A stretch of DNA of 29,232 nucleotides from an uncultured Dehalococcoidales bacterium (lineage in GTDB: Bacteria; Chloroflexota; Dehalococcoidia; GIF9; AB-539-J10), in contig CAYGWI010000001.1 in assembly GCA_964353715.1 (NCBI GenBank), positions 1 to 29,232 on the forward strand. Reading direction: 5' to 3'. Shown in pieces: positions 1 through 7,223 of the stretch; position 1 is the first letter of the stretch; the number at the start of each line of letters is the position of its first letter. Below the pieces are notes generated by a model that saw only the letters and a program-made list of their open reading frames with translations, did not search any database and was not told where the DNA came from. A program made the position numbers and the translations under genes.

Positions 1-105
1 TTTCGGGGATTAGGTCCTTTCCGACAGGAGTGTGCAACTGAGGTTCAGAGACGGTCAGAGGTGAGCTTTCAATTTCACTATGGTGCGGTCCCGGCCGGTA
101 CTCTG

Positions 106-196
106 GGGACATAATACCTGATTTGTGGTAGACCTGATTGGTATCGTGTCCCCGGAATTCCGGAACCGTCTCTTTCACCTTCCTGTCATTGCGAGG
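106..196 (+). repeat. 91-bp direct repeat, copy A, containing a GGGGACA..TGTCCCC hairpin and the start of a CGTC-type REP
   Basis: 87/91 identical to 2210..2300 by manual alignment. Internal inverted arms are GGGGACATAATACC (105-118) and GGTATCGTGTCCCC (140-153). Confidence 0.9.
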
Positions 197-218
197 AACA
201 AAGTGACGAAGCAATCTC
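184..218 (+). repeat. CGTC/TGTC-tagged REP-like palindrome (GTCATTGCGAG...GCAATC)
   Basis: TGTCATTGCGAGG...GAAGCAATCTC. The same ends recur at 470-516, 2288-2329, 2336-2367 and 26131-26170. Confidence 0.85.
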
Positions 219-272
219 CTCTTCCTGGACGGGTGAGGACAGGTGAGGGTGATTCTCGTTACTTGCCCTATC

Positions 273-327
273 TTTGACATTTGAGCTTTGGGCTTGATTT
301 GGCATTTGGGCTTTGTCATTTGGCATT
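273..327 (+). repeat. Degenerate TTTG-N3 heptamer tandem repeat
   Basis: TTTGACA-TTTGAGC-TTTGGGC-...-TTTGTCA-TTTGGCA. Similar tracts lie at about 598-642 and 2428-2490. Confidence 0.75.
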
Positions 328-469
328 GCCCCGTGTCCTACTCTCTCCTGTCTCCCGCTTGGAAGGCAGCCGCTATCTAGATATTGTCAGTGAGTAGTTT
401 GTGGTGTCCCTGGAATTCGAGAAACAATACCTGATTTGTAGCAGGCCCGAAGTCGAAGCGCTCCCACTT

Positions 470-516
470 TGTCATTGCGAGGAGTCCCGATGAAATCGAG
501 ACAACGTGGCAATCTC
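470..516 (+). repeat. CGTC/TGTC-tagged REP-like palindrome
   Basis: TGTCATTGCGAGGAG...GTGGCAATCTC. Confidence 0.8.
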
Positions 517-526
517 CCAGCTTCTC

Positions 527-692
527 CCCCTCTTAAGGTAAAAGGGGCTAGGGGAGTTATGAATTCCAACTACTGTCTACTGATTACTGCTTTAGTGCAT
601 TTGGATTTTGGATTTCATTTGGCCTTTGAGCTTTGTCATTTGCCGTTACGCGTTCCCCTCTTAAGATAAGAGGGGTTAGGGGCGTTATGAAT
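527..692 (+). repeat. Two copies of a 38-bp CCCCTCTTA..AGAGGGG hairpin repeat (527-564, 655-692)
   Basis: The two copies are 34/38 identical. A more degenerate copy lies at about 26183-26218. Confidence 0.8.
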
Positions 693-763
693 CGGCAAGG
701 GGCGACTCGTCCTCTCCCTCGACCTGCTCGCCGTATGACTTCAGCAGGCGAGCGGGAAAGGAT

Positions 764-1918
764 TTAGGTGATGGTGATATCCTCCTCCAGAATACTAAGA
801 ATCTCATTTGCGGCATAGGCCCTATTCCGTTTGCCACCGGTAATCTCGGCCAGCATTCCCTGCTCCACCAGAGCATTTATCGCCTTCTGGGCACCTGGAT
901 ATGTCACCCTAAGATATCCCTGAGCAATTTTGACATTCACTACTGGTTTCATGAAGATAAGTCCAACAAGTTGCCCTGCCGTTGGCGGCAGGCGCTTTTC
1001 CAGGCTGGTTTGACAGTAGTTCCGGTGTAGGTCTAAAAGCCGACGCGCGCGCTTAACAGCATCGCCCGATTGCTCAACCACCGCCTGCAAAAAGAACTCA
1101 ATCCACTGCTGCCAGGCTCCCCGCTGGCTCACGTTCAGAAGATGTCGGTAATATTCCTGGCGATGACGCTCAAAAAAGGCACTCAGATACAGCAGCGGCT
1201 TATTCAGAATGCCACGCTGGCAGAGGAACAGGGTGACGAGGAGCCGGCCGATACGCCCGTTGCCATCGAGGAAGGGATGGATAGTTTCAAATTGGTAATG
1301 GATCAAAGCGAGATCAACCAGGGACGGTAACCGGGTATCTGCGTGCAAGAATTTCTCCAGATGGTCAAGAGCCTCTTTCATCTCCGCAACAGGCGGCGGC
1401 ACAAAGGTAGCGTCATTCAAGGTACAACCTGGCGGCCCAATCCAGTTCTGGGACTGCCTGAATTCCCCCGGAGTGGCCCTCTCCCCTCGCGCTCCCTCCA
1501 TAAGAACAGCATGTAATTCACGAATGAGTCTTAGGCCCAAAGGCAGTTCCTCCAAGCGTCTCAGCCCGTATTCCATGGCATGGACATAGTTTTGCACTTC
1601 TCTTACATCTCGTTGCTTTTCCACCTTCGTAGCTTCAAACAACAGCAGCTCGGAAAGTGATGACTGCGTGCCCTCAATACGGGAAGAAAGAACGGCTTCC
1701 TTTCTGATGAAGGGGTAGATGAGCAGATGGGGATTAGGCAGATTATCACCAAGGCCGGAAAGAGTCCCCAGAGCCAGGTCAGCCCTGGATGTCAACGATA
1801 CCAGGGCATCACTCCAATCAAGCTTTGGGGGCAGCGGGTTGGGCACAAATGCCCAATAACCGTTAACGGCACGTATCAGCCTGCCTGAAGGACTCTTCTG
1901 AAATAATGCAGTATCCAC
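764..1918 (-). CDS. fic: Fic family protein (AMPylase), class II with N-terminal inhibitory helix and C-terminal HTH-like region
   Basis: Canonical HPFLDGNGRIGR motif and inhibitory (S/T)xxxE(G/N) motif SSRIEG; GTG start. Confidence 0.93.
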   Translation of the reverse strand: MDTALFQKSPSGRLIRAVNGYWAFVPNPLPPKLDWSDALVSLTSRADLALGTLSGLGDNLPNPHLLIYPFIRKEAVLSSRIEGTQSSLSELLLFEATKVEKQRDVREVQNYVHAMEYGLRRLEELPLGLRLIRELHAVLMEGARGERATPGEFRQSQNWIGPPGCTLNDATFVPPPVAEMKEALDHLEKFLHADTRLPSLVDLALIHYQFETIHPFLDGNGRIGRLLVTLFLCQRGILNKPLLYLSAFFERHRQEYYRHLLNVSQRGAWQQWIEFFLQAVVEQSGDAVKRARRLLDLHRNYCQTSLEKRLPPTAGQLVGLIFMKPVVNVKIAQGYLRVTYPGAQKAINALVEQGMLAEITGGKRNRAYAANEILSILEEDITIT

Positions 1919-2113
1919 ATTAAACGCCGGTTTAGTAACTTCTTACCTTATTAAACAAAATGCCTGTTTTGTTTAATAATAGCACCCACTGAGGACAATT
2001 GGCAAGCCTTTACAGCTCCTCGAAATTTGCCCTGGTGTGCAACTCCTCGTTGAGGATGAGGTTCTTTCCAATACATAGGCTAAAAGTGGGGGTAGCGGGG
2101 TACACCCTACCGA

Positions 2114-2199
2114 GTTTCAATCCCACTACGGTGCAATTCCGCTAGCCCTCCGCCCTCACTCCGCCCCAAGTCCCTAACGCGCCTTCAATTCCACTATGG
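2114..2199 (-). repeat. Two degenerate CRISPR-like repeats 68 nt apart (orphan; third copy at 66-89)
   Basis: The reverse complement of 2114-2138 is AATTGCACCGTAGTGGGATTGAAAC, ending in ATTGAAAC like many CRISPR repeats. Related copies are CCTTCAATTCCACTATGG (2182) and CTTTCAATTTCACTATGGTGCG (66). Confidence 0.35.
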
Positions 2200-2209
2200 C
2201 GGTATTTCC

Positions 2210-2300
2210 GGGACGTAATACCTGATTTGTGGTAGACCTGATTGGTATCGTGTCCCTGGAATTCCGCAACCGTCTCTTTCACCTTCCCGTCATTGCGAGG
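2210..2300 (+). repeat. 91-bp direct repeat, copy B
   Basis: 87/91 identical to 106..196. Confidence 0.9.
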
Positions 2301-2367
2301 CCCGATTTCTCGGGCCGACGTGGCAATCCGACGAAGTCGTTGCGAGGGCGAAGCCCGTGGCAATCTC
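2288..2367 (+). repeat. Tandem pair of CGTC-tagged REP-like palindromes
   Basis: CGTCATTGCGAGGCCCG..CGGGCCGACGTGGCAATCC (2288-2329) and GTCGTTGCGAGGGC..GCCCGTGGCAATCTC (2336-2367). Confidence 0.8.
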
Positions 2368-2499
2368 CTTAGCTAAATTCCGACTCCTGACTACTGTCTA
2401 CTGACTCCTGCCCCTTACTACTTGCTTTGCGCCTTTGAGCTTTGACATTTGGACTTGGTTTGGCTTGGGCTTTGTCACTTGTCATTGGACATCTCCCTA

Positions 2500-2695
2500 G
2501 TCCCCAGTCCCTGCCTAACCATCTAACCATCAACCACCAAACCATCTCTGATCTCTACTGCATCTCTAACAATCTCTAACAGTCTCTATGAACTGTACCA
2601 ACTCAATAAACTCCACTTGTCTCCATCTAACCATCAACCATCAACCAACTAACTGTCTCTGAATCTCCACTGTATCTCTATCGTGTCTCCAACCT
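2500..2695 (+). repeat. C-rich/G-poor composite tandem repeat (AACCATC heptamers, ATCTCTA units, AACTC-N4 nonamers)
   Basis: Directly visible. The same unit types occur at 16095-16495, 22130-22200 and 23835-24055. Confidence 0.8.
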
Positions 2696-2698
2696 GTT

Positions 2699-2728
2699 TT
2701 GCACTCATGTGCCTATATGTGCTACAAT
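2699..2728 (+). promoter_or_regulatory. Putative sigma70 promoter of the TA operon with overlapping operator-like motifs
   Basis: TTGCAC (2699-2704), 18-nt spacer, TGc-TACAAT (2720-2728). A GCAC-N4-GTGC palindrome and repeated ATGTGC overlap it. Confidence 0.55.
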
Positions 2729-2778
2729 AGGAGCGGCTGCGATAACAGTATTGTGCTTAGCTAAGGGGGGTAGACCCA

Positions 2779-3060
2779 ATGGCGATTGTTAAAGAATGGT
2801 TTACAGTTGACGAAGCCGCTGAATACCTGTGCGTGTCTAGAAGAACTGTCTACAAACTGACCAGGGACGGCCGACTGCCGGCCTTCAGCATTGGCAAGGA
2901 ACGTCACCGCCGTTTCCGCAAGGAAGACCTGGATAGAGCACTGCGTCGGGGCCAGGAAGCTGCGAATCTCGATAGACTCCTTAAATTGACCGCGAAGGTT
3001 GACCCGGTGCTTGCTGAAATCTGGGATAATGAAAAGGACGCGGCCTATGACCGCATATAG
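2779..3060 (+). CDS. Excisionase-like (HTH_17/MerR-type) DNA-binding protein, probable antitoxin
   Basis: FTVDEAAEYLCVSRRTVYKL...GRLPA HTH and acidic C-tail LAEIWDNEKDAAYDRI. Overlaps the downstream toxin gene by 14 nt. Confidence 0.8.
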   Translation: MAIVKEWFTVDEAAEYLCVSRRTVYKLTRDGRLPAFSIGKERHRRFRKEDLDRALRRGQEAANLDRLLKLTAKVDPVLAEIWDNEKDAAYDRI

Positions 3061-3388
3061 TCGAGGCGACGTAGTCCTTGTCAGCTTTGTATTCTCCGAC
3101 GAAACAGGCGAGAGACGGCGGCCAGCGGTCATAGTGAGTTCAGAGGCTTATCACAAGAGCCGTGAGGAAGCCATAATCGTGGCAATCACGAGCAGGACTG
3201 ACCGGATTCTAACAGGCGACCATCTAATCAGGGACTGGCGAGAGGCCGGCCTGCTCTTTCCTTCGGTGGCGACGGGCATCATAAGAACAATAAAGCAAGA
3301 CATGCTCAATCACAGACTCGGGACTATGTCTCAGGCTGATATGGAAGTCATAGCCGCCAATTTGCGCGCTGCATTGAGTCTGCCGTAA
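3047..3388 (+). CDS. mazF: PemK/MazF family endoribonuclease toxin (113 aa)
   Basis: RGDVVLVSF...RRRPAVIVS...AITS motifs. Start moved to ATG 3047, which has AAGGA upstream. Confidence 0.88.
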   Translation: MTAYSRGDVVLVSFVFSDETGERRRPAVIVSSEAYHKSREEAIIVAITSRTDRILTGDHLIRDWREAGLLFPSVATGIIRTIKQDMLNHRLGTMSQADMEVIAANLRAALSLP

Positions 3389-3494
3389 GGGGTATTCCGC
3401 GGGCATAGTACTTCATTCGCAGCAGGCCTGATCCTGCAGCTTGTGAAGGACGGTGTCCCTGGAATTCATCCTGTGTGAAGCAATTGACACCCTG

Positions 3495-3503
3495 TGGTAA
3501 AAT
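3495..3503 (+). promoter_or_regulatory. Putative extended -10 promoter for the Type III RM operon
   Basis: TGgTAAAAT about 130 nt upstream of res; no correctly spaced -35. Confidence 0.4.
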
Positions 3504-3631
3504 ATGTAATGGGTCGGTCAAGAATATGCGGGTGGCATCGGAGTGGAGGTTGCGCGTGGCATGCTGTGGTTGGCGTTTGACCTGGTTGAGCGGACGGCCG
3601 AGTGCAGGAATATGAAGGAGAGTAGGAGCAA

Positions 3632-6610
3632 GTGGCACAAGTCATAATCGAGAATCCCATCCTCAATTCTCCTTTTGAAGAACCCAAGCGTCATTGGCGT
3701 TTCTCCGATGACGGAATCACAGACGACGTCATAGAGTCCCGCCGGATAAGCTCCTATTTTGTTCCCATAGCCAAGCCTAAGAAGAAAGGCAAGGCTGCCC
3801 AACTGGCATTTGACACCGAGTGGACTAGAGACCGCATCGAAGAAAACAAATTCATCAACCGCATTCGTGAGCGGGTGTCCCAATGGCGCAAAGGTGGATA
3901 TGTCGGCATCACCAAAACGACCCGTTTCCTCATCGAGTATTGGACGAATCCACAGCGTGAAAAGAAATTGTTTTTCTGTCAAGTCGAAGCCCTGGAAACA
4001 GCCATTTATCTGACAGAAGTGGCAAACAAATACGGCGATTTCTGGATTGAAAACGACATCCGTCGCTTCAATGAAGACGCCAACCCAGAGCTTTTGCGCA
4101 TCGCCTTCAAGATGGCGACTGGCAGCGGCAAGACCGTGGTCATGGCTATGCTGATCGCGTGGCAGGTCCTCAATAAATTGGCCAACCCCCAGGACGCCCG
4201 CTTTTCTGATACGTTCCTGATCGTCACCCCCGGTATAACCATCAAAGACCGCCTGCGCGTGCTGTACCCAAATGACCCTGGCAATTACTATCGCCAGCGG
4301 GATGTCTTGCCCATCGCCGATATGGAGAATTTAGGCAGAGCCAAAATCATCATCACCAATTTCCACGCCTTCAGACTTCGCGAATTGGTCGAGGCCACAA
4401 AACTAACCAAGAAGATTATTTCACAAGGTGAGACCAGCTCTTTTACCGAGACCCCCGACCAGATGGTTCGGAGGGTTTGCCGAGAATTAGGAAACAAGAA
4501 AAACGTTGTCGTCATCAATGACGAAGCACACCATTGCTACCGCCGCCGTGCTGTAGACGAAGACTTGAAGCTCACCGGTGACGAACGCAGGGAAGCAGAG
4601 AAGCGTGCCGAAGAAGCCCGCGTCTGGATCTCTGGCTTGGAAGCGGTGAGGCGTAAGATCGGTATAAAAGTGATATACGACCTCTCCGCCACCCCGTTTT
4701 TCTTACGTGGCTCAGGCTACTCTGAAGGTACACTATTCCCCTGGGTCGTCTCCGACTTTTCGCTTGTTGATGCCATTGAATGCGGTATCGTCAAGGTACC
4801 CCGTGTCCCCGTCGCTGATGACTCCATGCGTGGCGAACTCCCTACTTACCGCAACATCTGGATTCACATCCGCGACCATCTCCCCAAGAAAGGACGCAGG
4901 ACTCAGGATGAACTCGGTACTGAGCGCAACCTCCCAAAAGAGCTAGAAGGCGCCCTGCATAGCCTCTACGGCAACTACGAGAAGTATTACTCTCGCTGGG
5001 AGCACAGCACCGCAGCCCGTGCCAATGGGCTCACTCCTCCCGTCTTCATCGTTGTTTGCAACAATACCAGTGTCTCCAAATTGGTTTATGATTACATCTC
5101 CGGCTGGGACAAACCTTTACCCGATGATTCAACTGTCCTAGTCCCTGGTGCTCTACCCATCTTCCGCAATCACAACGACTATAGCCAATGGCTGCCTCAA
5201 CCAAACACCATACTTATCGATAGCGAGCAGCTCGAATCCGGCGAAGCTATGAGTAAAGAGTTCAAGAAAATAGCTGCCCGTGCTATAGAGGAGTTCAAGC
5301 GCGAGTACCGTATCCGGTTCCCTGGCCGTGACGTGGAAAAGCTAACCGATGAAGACCTTCTACGCGAGGTCATGAACACGGTGGGTAAAGTAGGGAAGGT
5401 GGGGGAGAATGTCAAATGCGTGGTGTCTGTTTCCATGCTTACTGAAGGATGGGACGCCAATACGGTTACTCATATCATGGGAGTGCGCGCTTTTGGCACC
5501 CAATTGCTCTGCGAGCAGGTAGTTGGCCGTGGCTTGCGTCGCACAAGCTATGCAACCAATGACAAGAACATGTTCGAGCCAGAATACGCCGAGGTCTATG
5601 GTGTGCCCTTCTCCTTCATCCCTTGCTCTGGCTCTGCCCCCGACCCCAAACCTGGCCCTACGCCAACTAGGGTACGTGCGCTCGAAGAGCGCATCGCCTG
5701 CGAAATTACCTTCCCCAGGCTAATAGGCTACCGTTATGAATTTCCGGGGGAGCGTCTGACTGCACGCTTCACTCAGGATTCAAAACTGGCACTCTCAACC
5801 TCCGATATACCTACTAGAACCGAAAATGCGCCTATTATCGGGGAGATTGCCATTCATACCCTCTATGGACTAAAAGACCACCGGATTCAGAAGGTTGTTT
5901 TCCTGTTGTCCAAAATCGTGTTGGAGAAGTACTTCCGCGATGACACCGGCACTGTCAAGCAGTGGCTCTTCCCCCAGATTCTAGCCGTAACCAGGGAGTG
6001 GATTAGGGATTGTGTTACCTTGAAGGATAACACCTTTATCCAGATGCTCTTACTCATAGAATTGGCTCATGATGCCGCTGACCGAATTTACAGCAGTATT
6101 GTTGCTTCTGAAGAAGGCAATAAAGTCCTCAAGCCTATACTACAGCCTTACGATTATATCGGCTCTACGCGTTATGTGGACTTCGATACCACGCGCAATG
6201 TCTATCCCACCAGACCAGACAAATGCCATATTTCTCATGTGGCCGCCGATACCGAATCCTGGGAACAGAAGATGGCGCAGGCGCTTGAGGAGATGGAAGA
6301 AGTGGTGTGCTACGCCAAAAACCACAACTTGAACTTCCTTATCCCTTACACCATCAGCGGCCAAGAAAAGAAATATATGCCTGACTTTCTGGTGCGTATC
6401 AAGGACGGCAATGATGATCCTCTAAATCTCATCATCGAGGTCAGTGGCGAACCCCGCAAAGACAAAGCCGCAAAGGTAGCCACTGCCCGCAACCTCTGGG
6501 TGCCTGCCGTCAACAATCACGGGGGATTTGGCCGCTGGGTATTCCTCGAGATATCGGACCCGTGGGATGCCAAAAACACCATCCGCGCTGCGCTCAAAGG
6601 AGGTACATAA
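3632..6610 (+). CDS. res: Type III restriction enzyme Res subunit (SF2 helicase-like ATPase plus C-terminal PD-(D/E)xK-type nuclease)
   Basis: MATGSGKT (Walker A), NDEAHH, SATP, MLTEGWDA, QVVGRGLR and C-terminal PDF...IEVSG. GTG start with AGGAG; lies upstream of a Mod-type MTase. Confidence 0.92.
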   Translation: MAQVIIENPILNSPFEEPKRHWRFSDDGITDDVIESRRISSYFVPIAKPKKKGKAAQLAFDTEWTRDRIEENKFINRIRERVSQWRKGGYVGITKTTRFLIEYWTNPQREKKLFFCQVEALETAIYLTEVANKYGDFWIENDIRRFNEDANPELLRIAFKMATGSGKTVVMAMLIAWQVLNKLANPQDARFSDTFLIVTPGITIKDRLRVLYPNDPGNYYRQRDVLPIADMENLGRAKIIITNFHAFRLRELVEATKLTKKIISQGETSSFTETPDQMVRRVCRELGNKKNVVVINDEAHHCYRRRAVDEDLKLTGDERREAEKRAEEARVWISGLEAVRRKIGIKVIYDLSATPFFLRGSGYSEGTLFPWVVSDFSLVDAIECGIVKVPRVPVADDSMRGELPTYRNIWIHIRDHLPKKGRRTQDELGTERNLPKELEGALHSLYGNYEKYYSRWEHSTAARANGLTPPVFIVVCNNTSVSKLVYDYISGWDKPLPDDSTVLVPGALPIFRNHNDYSQWLPQPNTILIDSEQLESGEAMSKEFKKIAARAIEEFKREYRIRFPGRDVEKLTDEDLLREVMNTVGKVGKVGENVKCVVSVSMLTEGWDANTVTHIMGVRAFGTQLLCEQVVGRGLRRTSYATNDKNMFEPEYAEVYGVPFSFIPCSGSAPDPKPGPTPTRVRALEERIACEITFPRLIGYRYEFPGERLTARFTQDSKLALSTSDIPTRTENAPIIGEIAIHTLYGLKDHRIQKVVFLLSKIVLEKYFRDDTGTVKQWLFPQILAVTREWIRDCVTLKDNTFIQMLLLIELAHDAADRIYSSIVASEEGNKVLKPILQPYDYIGSTRYVDFDTTRNVYPTRPDKCHISHVAADTESWEQKMAQALEEMEEVVCYAKNHNLNFLIPYTISGQEKKYMPDFLVRIKDGNDDPLNLIIEVSGEPRKDKAAKVATARNLWVPAVNNHGGFGRWVFLEISDPWDAKNTIRAALKGGT

Positions 6611-6996
6611 TGCCACAGGACCGTGAGAGTGGGAATAGAGCTAGAAGATGGGGCTATGAAAACGCTCGAATTGTGGCTGCCTATTTGGGTGCGACACTTA
6701 TTAACCCTGGGAGAAGCAACGAAGCCACGTGGAATAACCGCCGAATTCTTATCAAGTCCGCCCATTACGGCGACCCACAAATTGGCGCTACCCCAGCCAC
6801 ATTGAACCGTGTAGATGCCATCGTAGCTGCTCTGCAAGATAGAGACGGGCTTTATACCATTTACGAAGTATCCTCCAATTGGTTTAAGCACGAGATGAGT
6901 CAATCACGAAGTCCGAAAGCATCTCATGTAATGATGGTCAGATGTGTAAAAGTACATGAAACTGACAACGTGTTGGGAAGGATAAGGGGAGCGTAA
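6610..6996 (+). CDS. Hypothetical protein (128 aa), possibly a degenerate PD-(D/E)xK-fold protein
   Basis: TAATG stop/start overlaps with res and with the next gene. GYENARIVAAYLG..SNE..NNRRILIKSA loosely resembles a REase core. Confidence 0.7.
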   Translation: MPQDRESGNRARRWGYENARIVAAYLGATLINPGRSNEATWNNRRILIKSAHYGDPQIGATPATLNRVDAIVAALQDRDGLYTIYEVSSNWFKHEMSQSRSPKASHVMMVRCVKVHETDNVLGRIRGA

Positions 6997-7223
6997 TGGA
7001 GAGAAAAACTATTGGTAGAATTCGCAAGTTGGTACGCACCCATAAGATTCCAGCTGAATTTACGCCCGCCCACGTCAATGCCGCTCTTGGAATCAATTGG
7101 TGTGGGACTTTCCTCCCCAAACACCGTGTAGGTAATCCTGGTAATGACTCCGAGTTGTTCATCCGTATTCGTAAAGGGCTGTACAAGCTGAATACCATCA
7201 CTCAAGGAGAAACCTATGGCTAA
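6996..7223 (+). CDS. Small hypothetical protein (75 aa), winged-helix-like
   Basis: TAATG overlap upstream and 8-nt overlap with mod. FTPAHV..FIRIRKGLYKL resembles a wHTH wing. Confidence 0.7.
   Translation: MERKTIGRIRKLVRTHKIPAEFTPAHVNAALGINWCGTFLPKHRVGNPGNDSELFIRIRKGLYKLNTITQGETYG

Noticed and set aside
723-756. Intrinsic terminator after fic
   Set aside because: A 10-bp hairpin is present, but there is no U-tract on the minus strand.
387-876. Short ORFs 387-569, 469-669 and 685-876
   Set aside because: They are translations of palindromic repeats or overlap fic out of frame, and have no protein motifs.
2114-2199. Bona fide CRISPR array / CRISPR-Cas locus
   Set aside because: Only two or three degenerate partial repeats, a low-complexity spacer and no cas genes. 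Kept only as a low-confidence repeat.
2779-3060. Excisionase marking a prophage or ICE
   Set aside because: No integrase, phage or conjugation genes in the window. The overlap with mazF fits an antitoxin better.
3484-3503. TTGACA/TAAAAT as a -35/-10 pair
   Set aside because: The spacer is only 8 nt. Only the extended -10 is retained as a feature.
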